A stretch of 63,682 nt of DNA, counting the filler, from Octopus bimaculoides (taxonomy: Eukaryota), in NCBI RefSeq assembly GCF_001194135.2. It is 5 parts of 5 records of this genome, joined end to end, with 100 filler letters (N's around TTAATTAATTAA, not from the genome) between each part and the next. Parts side by side here need not be neighbours in the genome. Positions count along the whole stretch, not along the records: positions 1 to 22,683 come from NC_068987.1; 4 more parts are not named here. One strand, 5' to 3'. The notes beneath the pieces are model-generated. The model worked only from the letters and a program-made list of their open reading frames with translations. It searched no databases and was not told where the DNA came from. The position numbers were made by a program, and so were the translations under genes. Of this stretch, positions 1-13,915 are shown one piece after another. Numbering within the stretch: the first letter of the stretch is position 1; each line of letters begins with the position of its first letter.

Positions 1-487
1 TAGATTTTTTGAATCAGCAATATTTCGTTCGGTTAAGTTCTATTTGGGGTAAAAAAAAGGTCAATAAACTGATTTCTTATGGCGTTTTTCCATTCAATCA
101 GGAGGAAAAATCAATAAACCGATTCCTTATATGATTTCCCACTAAAATTGGCTACACCCCATTTTCAACCATAACTTTTACCAATTTTGACGTATTTTGT
201 TCATACTTGATGCTGGCGTTACTTAGGACTCCTAGGATCTTCGAATGCTTTAAGTTCCTCAAAAAAAAAAAAAAAAAAATTGATGAGTGGAAAAATTGAT
301 AAACCGATTCCTTATGGGATTTCTCAATCAAATTGTCTGCAACCCATTTTAAGCCAAACGTTTACCAATTTCAACGGATTTCGCTCAAATTTCACGTCGG
401 TGTTACGTAGTTTGATTTGAAACAAAGCGTTTGATTAGTTAATAATTTTAACATAATCACGGGCAATGCCGGGCTATACTACAAGTA
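1..487 (+). mobile_element. Putative non-autonomous Helitron-like 3' remnant with an internal ~185-bp diverged duplication
   Basis: Two related blocks (gaaaaatcaataaaccgattccttat ~105; gaaaaattgataaaccgattccttat ~290). Ends in the GC-rich imperfect hairpin cacgggcaatgccggg shortly before ctacaagt, resembling a Helitron hairpin + CTAG terminus. Confidence 0.45.
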
Positions 488-794
488 CATATATAAATAT
501 ATCTATATATAATTAAGATTAATTTCAAATAGGTACTTCAGAAATAGGCACCTTGCTAGGTCGATATAATCTGCACACCCAAACAATATTACTTGAATAT
601 TGAATATCAATACTCTGCACAAGAATATTTGCAACTGATATTCCTGCCGTGTGTGCAGAAAACACAACCTATCTGAGTGAAGATATCCGCTCTTGGTAGT
701 TCAAACATGTACTTTATATAAGGGTACTTTAGAGAGGCCTTAAGCCAACCAGTTTTGGGATCTTATGATACGCCGTAAAGCTAAGCGCTTTATG

Positions 795-1203
795 GTTATT
801 TGATTGTGGCCATGCCTTGGCACCGCCTTAAAGAATCATTTAGTATCATTACATTTTAAATGGGGTAATTATCGGATTCTTTTAAAGGAACCGTTAAGTT
901 ATGGGGACCTAATGATACTGATATAGACTAGCAAGTTGTGGTGGTGGTGGTGGTGGTAGATACAAAGAGAGACACTAGCACACACATTTACAAACTAACA
1001 CACATACTCAAACTTACACATACACACTCACACACATATATGACGGGCTTCTTTGAGTTGCTGTTTACCAAATCCAGTCACAGACCTTTTGGACAGCTCG
1101 AGGGTACAGTAGAAGACACTTGCCCAACTGGTCACGCAAGAGGACTGAACATGGAGCCACGTGATTGGGAAGCATACTTATCACATAGCAACGCCTGTGC
1201 CTA
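795..1203 (-). mobile_element. Degenerate tRNA-derived SINE (family A)
   Basis: Diverged match to the copies at 25733-26140 and 42131-42468 (gacgggcttctt..accaaatcc..agaagacacttgcccaa). Confidence 0.7.
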
Positions 1204-1262
1204 CATATTACACACACACACACATCTATCTATCTATCTATCTATCTATCTATAAACGCAGA

Positions 1263-1290
1263 TGATATATAGATAGTTAGTTAGTTAGAG

Positions 1291-1337
<47 letters not shown>

Positions 1338-1346
1338 TAGACAGAT

Positions 1347-1410
<64 letters not shown>
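1263..1410. repeat. (TAGA)n/(CAGA)n microsatellite
   Basis: Visible tetranucleotide array. Confidence 0.95.
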
Positions 1411-1411
<1 letters not shown>

Positions 1412-1830
1412 TTCCTCACCCATCTTGATTATTTCCACTTATGCCAATGCATGTAATGTCTTACATTTGAATTAAAATTGTAAGTGTTAATATCTAATTA
1501 TACGTATTCATGGGATTAATTCGTATTCTTTGGATTAATGCATAAATATTCATATTCATGGGAATCGAAATGTGATACTTCGCTATGTTAGATAGTAATA
1601 AAATTGCCTCTAGAGAGATGAGTAAACCATGAATGAATTATCTAAAATTCTTGGGTGAGTAAACTATGAGTGAAATAATTGTTTATGGAAGCAAACACAT
1701 TTGTTTGTACCTGTAAAACGCTTATAACCTAATACGACCAGGAAAATGGTCAATGATGATGTTATCGCTAATGTACATCTTATTTATCTTAAAATCTAAT
1801 CTATTAAACACACACGCGCGCGCACACACA

Positions 1831-1870
<40 letters not shown>

Positions 1871-2153
1871 NNNNNNNNNNNNNNNNNNNNNNNNNNNNNN
1901 NNNNNNNNNNNNNNNNNNNNNNNNNNNNNNNNNNNNNNNNNNNNNNNNNNNNNNNNNNNNNNNNNNNNNNNNNNNNNNNNNNNNNNNNNNNNNNNNNNNN
2001 NNNNNNNNNNNNNNNNNNNNNNNNNNNNNNNNNNNNNNNNNNNNNNNNNNNNNNNNNNNNNNNNNNNNNNNNNNNNNNNNNNNNNNNNNNNNNNNNNNNN
2101 NNNNNNNNNNNNNNNNNNNNNNNNNNNNNNNNNNNNNNNNNNNNNNNNNNNNN

Positions 2154-2188
<35 letters not shown>

Positions 2189-2229
2189 TGGTTGTCTACT
2201 CAGAGTCTGACGACCTATTGCACTTACAC

Positions 2230-2330
2230 ATGAGATCCATCATGGTGTATGATGTGGCTTTTTAAACCGGACAATGTATTGAAAAGACACCCACATAGAT
2301 TGCATATGTGATTTGGATCACCAAGCGTTG
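2230..2330 (-). pseudogene. Isolated C2H2 zinc-finger-coding fragment, probably an RTE-type LINE C-terminus
   Basis: HICNLCGCLFNTLSGLKSHIIHH fits C-x2-C-x3-F-x5-L-x2-H-x3-H. The SGLKSH motif resembles the fingers at 36489-36815. Confidence 0.5.
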
Positions 2331-2479
2331 CAGTTAAGTTCTGATCTTTGTGTATCTTAAAATGTATATGTGTGATACATACATACATACATATGCATAC
2401 ATGCGGTGTATATATATATATATCTATATATATAGTTATGACACTACCATATTTATTCGATACGACCACCTCTGTTTCG

Positions 2480-2830
2480 TATCATAGCCTTAAGTCTAAG
2501 TGTGAATGCTTCACACGCAGCATGCATCGTTCTTGCAAAATCGAATGAGATGGAGGCTTCTTGAAGGCCATACATCATTGCTTATCAAAGACGGAATGCT
2601 TTACTGAATAGTGTTGTGTTTGTTTGGAGTTGTGTGATGGTGCCGAGTTCTTTTGGAATCTATAAGGTGCGCCTCGATAGTGCTCATTTGCCTATGGAAG
2701 CGGTTCAGCTTCCAGAATGTCGGTAATGTATCGCTGGATGTTAATTTTAACAGCCAAGAAAAAATAACAAGGGAAGACATTCCAGTGGATCTCACAGCCA
2801 CCCAAACTATAAACTGTAACTGACTGTGGA
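2480..2830 (-). mobile_element. Degenerate Tc1/mariner (maT-like) transposase fragment
   Basis: Translates as AVKINIQRYITDILEAEPLP*ANEHYRGAPYRFQKNSAPSHNSKQTQ, similar to the KIN..Y..IL...W...FQQD.APSH catalytic region; contains stops. Confidence 0.7.
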
Positions 2831-2889
2831 TTTTGACTTCGATTTACAAGTCTACCCTCGACGGAACCAGATACATTGCAATGTCGGTG

Positions 2890-3105
2890 ATTCAAATTTT
2901 GATAAAAGATCAGAAATTTCGGGGACGGGGATAAGTCGATTACATCAACTCCAGTGTTTAACTGATACCTATCTTATAGGTCCCAAAGGTCGAAAGGCAA
3001 ATTCAACCTAGGCGGAATTGGAACTCAAAATGTAATGACGGACGAAATGCCGATAAGCATTTTTCTCGGCTTACTAACATTACTGACAGCTCGCTGCCTG
3101 ATATT
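2890..3105 (-). mobile_element. tRNA-derived SINE (family B)
   Basis: gataagtcgattacatc..gaaaggcaaattcaacctaggcggaattggaactca.. shared with many copies in this window. Confidence 0.85.
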
Positions 3106-5400
3106 AAATAAATATTAATAATAATCGTTCAATATAAAATATATAAATTCTAGATGTTTCTCAAGGATCTTACACTTTTGCAAAGAATGATTAGAAGACA
3201 GGTGAGAATGGTGTAATATAAAACTTGATTTAATTATCGAACATAGGCTATTCACTCTAACAGAAACTTCTTTGTAAGTATTGGAAACTATATCCTGTGA
3301 CCTGCGACTACTTGCTGGACATATTGTAGCTGCTCCCTTAGGTCTGGTGTTTTTACATGAACGATTGAATAAATTCAATTCTTCTTTCAGCATGGTCATT
3401 AATTACAGTGAGAGATGGAACTATTTCTCTTCCTTTAAAGAAATGTTCTAGCCGGGGTGCCTGAATATAATAATTGAGTAGATATTTCTGAGATAGTAAA
3501 AGAATTTCAATGTTTGTGAAGAAAAATATCAGCTAAAGATTTCTGGATAGATTACCAATACAGACGTTTTTGTTAGATTCATACAAATCATGAACTTTCA
3601 TTGTTTCTTTCTTTTTTTTTTTTTTCAGTTTAAAAAAAAAATTTGCCATTTTGACTTTCGCGGGTATTGGTTATGATAGATCAAAGAGAAGTAAAGCAAT
3701 ATTTATTTCGGAAGGCTACCAAAGATGTCGGATGAAAGACTTTAAGACTCCACAATGAATGACTTGTATTTTGCTATCTGACAAGATTTTGAAAACTTCA
3801 AGATCTTGTTTTCTTGCAGAAATAGCATCTATACAGAGAACCATGAAGTACTAGCATATTTAAAAAGAAAATACTAAAATATGTTTTAATCCTAAATGCA
3901 ATTCTTAAGAAAGATGCATACTTGTAGAATGAATTGGAGTAAGAACATTTAAAATTGTTTTGGACCATCTAGAATTTTAAAGACTATACTGCACGACGCA
4001 TCCATCCTTCTTAAGCTAAGGCTCCTGGCGCCATAAATGCCCTGATCTTGGCATCATTCCGAAGTCCACGAAGAAAAGAATAAGAAGTTGCAATAGTTTT
4101 CTGTAGTCAACACTTTGATATTTGGCTTTTAGAAGGACTCTCAATAAGTTTAATATATCAATGGATAAAGGTCGCAAAGGATATGACATTTCAATATCTT
4201 CATCTGCGATTTTACAATTATGTTGGCTGAAAGAAGATTAAGTGTTTGAAAATATTCAAAAATTGTAAAGGGAGGACTTTTAGATGAGCCAGTTGAAAAA
4301 AGTTTTGGGAACACACCTTCAAGCAAAAGTTCAAATGTATAATAACGACAAGCTAAAACAAAAATGTCATATCGAAGGGTTCGCTGAATTAAAACAGACG
4401 TGCCTCGAGATATTTATGAATGGGTATTTGTTGTATCAAATCAGAGTTTTAATCTGGTTGTATACACCATACGTTTCGACAATAATTTCAGACGTTTATT
4501 ATGCCCTTGAATTCAAATCCTTGCATAGACTACACGTTTACTAATGATATATCAAATAATAATATTTTTAAATATGTTTTGCAGTCGTTATATGTCTTTC
4601 AGTTTCAGTAAATTCTTACATTTATTATCAGTCTCAGTCCAGAACAAGTAGATTTCTAGGATAAATAACTTTGTTATCAAATTTCTAAAGCACGTTATTT
4701 CTTATATCTAATTATATCAACCGAATTGCAATTGGAATCAACAACAAATTAATGGGTTCTTGTATTTGTTGAAGAACGAAAGACAAATATACTTTGCTAT
4801 TGTATCACTCGTTTGTGTTCAGACTTGAGCAGCAAATAGCATGAGGTATGAAGTGTACCATCACGCTAAGTTCATTTTGTTTTAGTCACATGGTAAATGG
4901 TAAAGTTCAATGAACTGATGAACAACGTACCATCGTAAAAGTGGCATTTATTATGTGCGTAGAAGGGAATCCCTACATGGTCGCTTGACTTGTTAGAAAT
5001 AGTAATCAATTAATGTATAAACCAGATTCTAATGTCTTCACCAAACACATAGTGGCTAATGTAGTACAGAGCACAATGTTGTTGAAAATAAGATAGTTTC
5101 GCGGCCATTGATTGATCAAACCTATGTATTCCTGGAAAAAAAAAGCAGCTGCAACAACAATGCAGCAGTAAAGTATTTAATATTGAACATATAGGCTCAA
5201 ACATAGCTCTACAACGACACTGTTATTATCAGATGAAAAGAGATAAACGGAATAAATCTGAATTCTCTAAAACACTAAACCAAAATTAAAAATATAAACT
5301 CTGTTGCAAATACTCCACTCAGTTCTTCGAGCTGCAGAATGTTTCCTGAATTGCCTACACGTATCTCACAGATCACTGTTCTAACTCAGTGAGTTAAGCA

Positions 5401-5406
5401 AAGAGA

Positions 5407-5480
<74 letters not shown>
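5401..5480. repeat. (GA)n microsatellite
   Basis: Visible array. Confidence 0.95.
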
Positions 5481-5484
<4 letters not shown>

Positions 5485-5779
5485 ATGAAAATCAAATAGC
5501 AAACAAGGTGCTAAAATATCGTTATCTAAGAATCATATTAATAAGGGTACATACACGAATTTACAATAAAAATAACATATTCATGTTATAGAATATAAGC
5601 TATATAGTGCGGGCAGGACTCTTTCGTAGGAAAAAAAATGTAACAATTATTTTACTTGCGTTTGTATTGGCCACAAGTGTATCAGATATAAATGCGTATG
5701 CATGAATGTGTCACGTGTCTGTGTGGTGCCCCAGCATGGCCGCAGTCTCATGACTGAAACAATTAAAAAGGAAAAGGTG

Positions 5780-5837
<58 letters not shown>

Positions 5838-6167
5838 CACACACATACTGTGATACATACGTATACGTATACATACACACACGCGTGCGGGCACACATAC
5901 GTACACACACATACACGCATATATGTATACGTATATGTAAAATGTGTCTATGTATACACATAAATATGGTTTAGAAGTGTTTATGCATTCGAGAAGTTGA
6001 AGTGTGTTATAAACTTCAAGTTAAAGATATACAGCGGGGTTACAAAAAAGAAAGGAAACAAAAAAAAAAATTAAGAGGGGGATAATGTAATGATGGATAT
6101 CTATGAAGACGAAAAATGGAGAGTAAGGATGATTATGACGACGATGACGACAAATATGATGGTGATT

Positions 6168-6210
<43 letters not shown>

Positions 6211-7149
6211 CGATGGTGATGTTGAAATCGATATCGACACAGTGTAGGCGAAGGAAACAAAGTCGGAATAGAGTCCAAAGATAGACTTCAGCGAAGTGAG
6301 GATATAAATGGAATACGAAATTTGAACGTAGATTTGGACTAAGAGAATAGCTAAAGAGAAGGAGAACAGTGGTAGTCAAGGTGGTGTAAGTGGTTTTATC
6401 GAAATGGGAAGGGCTTTGAGCAAGCTTGATAAACAAGAAAATCATTGCGTCGGAAGAAATCGATATATTTATGATAGAAAATTTCTCGTAGATAGGAAAA
6501 GAATAAAGATCAGGGATAGGTTGAGTCGTCAATGAAGAGGTTAAGTCTGGCTGTAAATGCTTTTCTTTATTACTGTCACTATATGTTGTGTGTGTGTATG
6601 TGTGTGAGCGTATGTGTGTGTGCGTGTTTGTGGATGTGTACGTGCAATTGTATGTGTATGCGCAAGTGTATGTGTACGTGCAAGTGTATGTGTACTATCT
6701 GTCTGTATGTATGAGCGGTGCTGTAGATTTGTATATGAACATGTGTGTATATTTGTGTTTGAACGTGCGTATTCTCATTTGTCATCCACAGTGTTCATCT
6801 TTTGTTGATTAGCTATAGAGCTGCTCTAATCGAATGGATTTACAAGCGCAGACATTTTAACAGTACGCACCCTATGTCTTCTTAAGAAAAGTGTATATTT
6901 AGAACATTATCAGAGCCTTTGATACTGCTTGTAGAACGAAAACAAATGAATTACAACTTTCTTTCTTCCTTTATTTTTGTGAGAGAGTTCTGTAAGAGAA
7001 AGCTCCACGTCAAGATAGAGCGTTATCCTCAAACCAAGTACTTGACCCAAAACAGCATAGACTCACTGGAGGCATCCAATGGTCAAATGCTGGTGTTAAA
7101 CTGGGCAACAGATTAAATCCAGCGTAGAAAATTGCGACAATCTATTTAA

Positions 7150-7900
7150 CGTACATCAGCCCAGTTTGGGCCAACCATATTTTAGTAACGAAGCTTTTCC
7201 TCTGTTTAATGGTTTGTTATCTTGATGGAAGCGACTTATCTTGCTGGTTCTGCAAGGAAGTCACAGTGTCCATGACCACTGCAAGTTCTACTGTACTGGT
7301 AAGACTGATACCATTAATTAGACATGAGCAGAGAGGGAGTTTTAAAGGGTCGACGTTCTGTGAAGAAAGGTCTGAACGCAGGAATTGGTAGAGTTTCGGG
7401 GTGTATGATGAGAAGCAGAAAAGAGTGGTAGGTGAATGCCTGAGTGGATGCGGCATGAATCCAGCCATCACCAAACAGCAAATTTAATAATAGTAACAAT
7501 AGAAATGGTAAAGGTGGAGGTAGCACGAATCTGGCCAGCACCTGGTGCTCGTTTTGGCGTGGTTTTATGCCTGTGAGTCTGGTACATTCACTGAATGTGT
7601 TCCGTGATGTTCATTTTTGCTGCAGATTAGAGAGCAATACTTAATTGTGAACTTCAACTGAGATTTGTAGAGCATCAGTCATTATTCAGAGCTGAGATAT
7701 CGTTTAACCATAAAGAAAAGAACATGTCGTTTGAGGTGATCCTAGCTGAGGCTGTGAACGTTCACCATTTAGAGCCACAGACGTGAATTGGGAGCGAGAT
7801 GATAGAGGATAGGTAAAGCGACACATGAGCAGCTAAATGGGAGAGGAATCGTTTTAGAAGTGGTTAAAAGTCAGAGCCTTAAATTGACTGACCGCTTTTC
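7150..7900 (-). mobile_element. Degenerate CR1/L2-group LINE ORF2 3' fragment
   Basis: Frameshifted RT-like segments VALNGERSQ and FSLWLNDISA, plus the C-terminal LYHFYCYYY*ICCLVMAGFMPHPLRHSPTT. Confidence 0.55.
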
Positions 7901-9004
7901 TTGGCTAGCTTTCTTTTTCATATTTGCCTGTACTTCTGATTGCTGAAAACGAGACACTACTCTGTAACGATACATTGTGGTACCACAAAGTCAGAACGAA
8001 GTGAGATATGTGGGTCTCACTTCTCAGTGGTCACTTCCTAATGCTACACATTTTCTTCTTATTCTCCCTTTTCATCATTCTTTCTAACCACTCTTGCTCA
8101 CCATTTTCTTTGTCAATGTATTTCCCATTCGATTCCTGATGATAATTCTAAAAGATATTATACCCGCCCACATACATACCTACACAATATAGATCAAACA
8201 CATAAATATACATGCAAGCTCACACAAAATCATCTACACTTTCACACATGCACTCAATCACAAACGCCACCGTAATGTTTATCTCTCTCATTCGGTTTCA
8301 AGTTTTCCTCTTCTCGTTTTCTAACCGCTTCGTCATAACCATATACATACATATATATATACATACATATTTACACACACACACATATACCTCAAGTTTG
8401 TATATATACACTGACACGCTCATACACTCTGCTGCACGATTTACATAATTTTTCTCGAACATATTCTATCTCTGATGTCAGTTCTAATTGATAGAACTAA
8501 CATACACATACACAAACACAAACACACACACACACATACACACACACACATACACACACACACACACACATACAACCACATATGCAATCACTCACGTACG
8601 CGTTCACGCACACGTACACATATACAAACACACACGCACATATTGTCATCATCAGGATCTCTCGCACACTATTTCCCTCTCTCCATTCTCCTTGTTCTTT
8701 CTTTCTCTCTGTCCCTCTGTCTCCCTCTCTACAACCCCTCTCACACTTCTTTGCCTTTCTCTTTTCCTCACACAGACACACACACATTTTAAACGAATAC
8801 ACTTGCACACATTTTCTTTGATCATCATTTTCATCTCCGTCCCCTTTTGCTTCTCATGAAGAATAGAAGTAAACATTTTATGCTCACACTCTCTTCCATC
8901 TTTCTCCTATCCCTCTTTCTCACTCACCCGCTCCCCATGAACATACATATACACACAGTATCACACAAGTATATGTAGATACATATTTGATTGATGTTTT
9001 ATAA

Positions 9005-9005
<1 letters not shown>

Positions 9006-9050
<45 letters not shown>

Positions 9051-9128
9051 TTATCTATCTAGCCATCTGTCTATCTACCTACCTACCCACCAACCTACCT
9101 GTCTATCTTTTGTCCGTCCATCCGTATG

Positions 9129-9180
<52 letters not shown>
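9006..9180. repeat. (TCTA)n microsatellite region
   Basis: Visible interrupted array. Confidence 0.9.
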
Positions 9181-9181
<1 letters not shown>

Positions 9182-10139
9182 TGCTCTAACGGACTATCCA
9201 TAACTCTCTCTATACCGTTCTCTGCTTGTCTCTGTTTCTCTGTATTTTTCTTTCTCTCCCTGTGTGCATGTATGTGTATAAGCACACATATACACATATG
9301 TATACACGCATTCATGCACGCAGCTACATACACATTTATATACTAGAATATATATCATGTTGTCACTTTAAAAAAATTGTAGTACTATGCTTTCTGTTAT
9401 ACTCTCTTTTACATTTTAATCTTTCTCTAACACACACACCCTCTCTCTCACTATGGCTTTTGTTTTTCCACTCTCTTTCTCATTTCTATAATACACTCTT
9501 TCAATTTTTCATCTTGATGGCTACGAATGTTAAATTTGCCATCCATTTTGTGTTCTTCCGTCTTTCATAACTTTCTACGTTCTCCCTCTTTCTTTTTCTC
9601 TCTTTTAAATAATTGATAACAAAAATATAAATTCTAACACCCCGGTCTCTCTGCTTTTATCTTTCGCTCTGTCAGCCTCTCTCATCTCTATTCCCTTTCT
9701 ACATCATTTTACCATATTCCTGATGCCTCTATTAGAATTGATAAATCTTAGAATGTCATTGTATACCTTAGCATCCATCTTTCTCTCTCTGTTTCATTCT
9801 TTGTTTTTCTTTTATTTTATTCGCAATGCTGGTTTCGCATGTTAAACGTCTAAATCATTCTTTCTTTACATCACCTCTTACCAGTTTTTTTTTAATTTTC
9901 ATTCGTTGAATGTATTTTACAAAGGCTGTTAATCTTAACTCGCTCTTTTATTTACAAGACTGAACTGACCATATCCAACTAGACTGACCAACTGAATTTA
10001 TTATTTATCGGTGATGGAGAAATACCAGCAGAGTTGGACGGAAGAATGTGGGTTGGAATCGAATTTCCCTTCGGATGTCTTACCAGAGTGGCATTAAATG
10101 TAATGATGATACCTTACAGAAGAGACATTTATTAATAGC

Positions 10140-10790
10140 AAAGTCATATGAAACTGATTTCCTTCAAAGTAGGATCGTTTGACAGCAATGCATTTGTTGT
10201 AGCGCTCCAGTTCCTTCCCGAAGGCCTCATGGAAGTCCTCCAAGCGAAGGTGTTCAACACCTTTGTCATAGACTCATCGTCTCTTTCCTTCAGCTTAGGC
10301 TACGACCAAAGGCCACAGAGTGCAATAGTCTGGGAGGATGAAAGGCAGTTTTGATGCCCAACTCTGTCAAGTAGTTCATTATCAGGAAAGAAGTGTGGAG
10401 TGGTGCATTATGCTGATGGAGCTGCTCTGGCTGTTTTGTGAGGAATTCTCTTCCCGAATACCTTCAAAACCTGCCAAAATATTCTTTGTTGAAGGTCTGG
10501 CTAGATGGAACCCAATGAATGTAGAGGATGCTTCTGCTGTCTAAAAAAAGGAATAATCACGAGCTTCCACGAGGACCACTGTTACCTGGCCTCTTATGCT
10601 TTCGTAAAGCAGGTGCTCAGCTGATACAAGTTAATTCATAATCAGTCAGAAGCTTTTCATAATCTTCTGCTGTCTTTTTCCCCAATTTAACACAAGACTT
10701 AATTGCAAAGTGAGCTTCCAAGTTGTCATTACGTCCACACTGCATTTTGCAAAGAGACAGCCATGACAAGCTATATAATACATACATTTC
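10140..10790 (-). mobile_element. Degenerate mariner transposase
   Basis: HFAIKSCVKLGK (N-terminal), FLDSRSILYIHWVPSSQTFNKEY, MNYLTELGIKT.FHPP, WS*PKLK and ERYNKCIAVKRSYFEGN (typical mariner C-terminus); multiple frameshifts. Confidence 0.85.
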
Positions 10791-10810
10791 AGTTTGGACA
10801 AAAAGACAAA

Positions 10811-11240
10811 CGAGTACTCGAGTTTCGGATTTTCAGAATACGTTTGTTATCGTAAAATTGATTGGTCCTTGTCGGCTAGGTCTACTGAAAAGTTTAAATT
10901 TAAAATATCCGCTACATCACTGCTTGCATTCTGGGCTAATAGCCCCAGCCATAAAGAGAACGGTGGTTAGTGAAAAAGTTTTATATAAATATATTAATAT
11001 TATTACAATACAATAATATTATTTTCCAGCGAAATAAAGCACCCTAGGAAGAACGCTAGAGAAATGGACAACCGAGTACTCGAGTTTCGGACTTTTCAGA
11101 ATATGTTTGTTATCGTAAAACTGATTGGTTTTCGTTGGCTAGGTCTACCGAAAAGACTAAGTTTAAAATATCTGCTGCATCAATGCCTGTATACTCGGCC
11201 AACAGTCCCTGTTATAAACAAAACCGAGGTCAGTGAAACT
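10811..11240. repeat. Diverged tandem duplication, period ~260 bp
   Basis: cgagtactcgagtttcgga..cagaata.gtttgttatcgtaaaa.tgattggt.. occurs at 10811 and 11073. Confidence 0.9.
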
Positions 11241-11359
11241 TTACCTAGCGTCGAACGGTTATCGACTGCTATTTCCAGCAACCATTGTTACCCTGTTGTG
11301 CCACTATATCCTATTTACAATTCTACCTTTACGGTGCTTTCTTCGACTGGAAAATAATT

Positions 11360-11405
<46 letters not shown>

Positions 11406-12979
11406 CATATATATATACATGAAGAGATAGATAGATAGATAAATAAATAGATAGATACATACATACATTACGTGTACATGCATACATACATACATACAGG
11501 CAGGCATACAGACAAATCAAGATGCCATCATGACAATCTCGAGTTATTTTCTACAGAAGTGATCAGTTTCAGAATTTTTTGTGGTGAGCATACTAAACGA
11601 AGAGTTTACAAAATGTAAGGCTTTTAAAGAATTCACAAAGTAAATATTCACCGTTGCTGTTATCTTACTTGCACTGATTCAACGTTTCTCTGATTTCTTA
11701 AAGACAATCAATGAGAAAATTACAGATCGTTAAAAGACTTAATGTTAAATTACTTTAATCATTTAGGTCGTCACCCGAAAAGTATAGAGTACCATCCCTA
11801 AGACGTACGAGATGGATATAGAAGAAATTTCTTCAACTAAAGGAATTGTTCCCATCGAAATTTCTAGCCAAGTGCTGACAAGTGTCTGATATGTATAGGA
11901 GAAGAAAAAGGAGCTTTATGAAATTATTTACAGCAATGGAGTTCAGCATTGAAAAACAGAGTGAAAGAGAATATTTTTAGAGAAATGCTTCGAAACAAAG
12001 ATCAGTTTCTTTTTGTTTTTTTAAATTACATTTGTACATGTAAATATTGGTGAATTATATTCTGTAATTAAATTTCGAAACTATAATCTCTAATAGCTGT
12101 GTCATTCTGACAAATAATGTCTCCCAGAAAAAGTACGGTAAATGTTGTCTGCCAGTACAGAAAAAAATATGCTACACTTAGTAATATTCAACATGTGAAT
12201 CTAAATATCAACAATGCAACTTGAAGCTTTCAATCATTTAAAAGACATTATATACATACAGAAATTGTCCATGAGCAACTGCTTCGAAGTCTATAACTTT
12301 TCTAACTTCATTAATCATTTAACGTGTATCTATAATCATTCGTGTATATAGGTGCCCAGCTGTGAATGTAAGATAATTAATAATATAGCTATTAAAACCA
12401 AGCCGTCAAACTTCTATTATACAAATTTCGTTTCTATTATAAATCCGTTTACACATAAGCCCATCTGCTCTTTCAGATGAAGGATTTGAAGGACGAGTTT
12501 AGCGATTCCGGATAAAACTAGACCAGTTTAAATTCCTTATTTCAAGTTGGCTAAAGCTCCTGTGATATATCTATGGTGTCTTTATTTTTCACAGCGTAGC
12601 TAAACATGACTAACATGAATAACAATAGAAATATTTTGTATGACTTCCGAATTATTATCAATACATTGCGACGCTATTATTGATGTGTTCGAATGACTAC
12701 GTGTTCGCAAGTGTATATGCACGCGTTATTATGGTGATGACGAATGACAGATAAACTTAATAGTGAATAATGAAATGTATACAATTTTAAAAAAAATAGA
12801 GTCTCCCATAAGCTCATCTCAATGAAGCCATTTTATTTTCTGGTAAACTTCCATTTTCCCCAAACAACCGAAACAAGTAAAGAATGTTTGCAGATTCGCT
12901 CAGCTGTTAAGAACCAGGAGGTGTTTGAAGAGACGAAGGGTGTACATATGTGTGTGAGCATGTGTGTGTGTGTGCGTGC

Positions 12980-13035
<56 letters not shown>

Positions 13036-13252
13036 AAGCATTTTTTGAGAGTGTAAGAATTTTATAAACTTTCCAAAGAACATGAAAATATTCATTCCTG
13101 GAACAGTCATTCTAAAAGTACATCACATGAAGTTCTAGATTATAACAAGTAAATATTGGGTTGATAAAACCGTTTTGGATGGGAATTCTAGAAGTGATGT
13201 GCGTTCNNNNNNNNNNATTTATAGCTGTATATGTTGTGCCTGAAGAGTCAAT

Positions 13253-13347
<95 letters not shown>

Positions 13348-13383
13348 ATATATATATATGTATATATATATAAATATGTGTGC

Positions 13384-13422
<39 letters not shown>

Positions 13423-13504
13423 TATATATTCGATCATCCCATAAACAATCCAGCTTTTTATACTTTTATTTTTCAAAACCTAAGGTAAACAAAGTTTCTT
13501 TTTA

Positions 13505-13915
13505 ATCTAAAACTTACTCTCCTTTATTTTCTACAATGCTCTTCCATCTATCTTGTAAACTTGCAAGGCACCTCTTCCAAAATTCACTTGTCTGTGACGA
13601 AAAATACTCCTCCAGCTATGTTTTGACCTCGTATACGGAATTTTATTTTCTCTATCCACATGATTTTGGAGACTGCGGAATAAATCATAATCAGTTGGGG
13701 CAATGCCCAGGGAATATGATGGGTGGGGCATCGTCTCCCATTCAAAGTGCTCCATCCTCTGGAATGTCATCCTCGCTGTCTATGGCCGAGCATTATCCTG
13801 ATGGAAGAACACCTTTCATAATGAAAGGGACTACTGTGAAGGTCATTAAATGCCAAATTGGTATGTTTTGTAGTTTTGTTTTTATAGCAACAGTCCGGAT
13901 ACTTATTGATTAGAC
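13505..13915 (-). mobile_element. Internally deleted mariner element (C-terminal transposase)
   Basis: WETMPHPSYSLGIAPTDYDLFRSLQNH matches the mariner YSPDLAPSDY motif; TIR-like taggtctaatcaataagtatccggactg at the right end. Confidence 0.85.

Noticed and set aside
3680-3800. MSDERL, resembling a hAT dimerisation-domain motif
   Set aside because: Too short, with surrounding stops and no further similarity.
6090-6284. Poly-Met/His/Asp ORFs over (GAT)n
   Set aside because: Microsatellite translation with no convincing splice context.
12896-12945. Candidate exon after ttgcag| (IRSAVKNQEVFEETK)
   Set aside because: No good donor site and no phase link to other exons.
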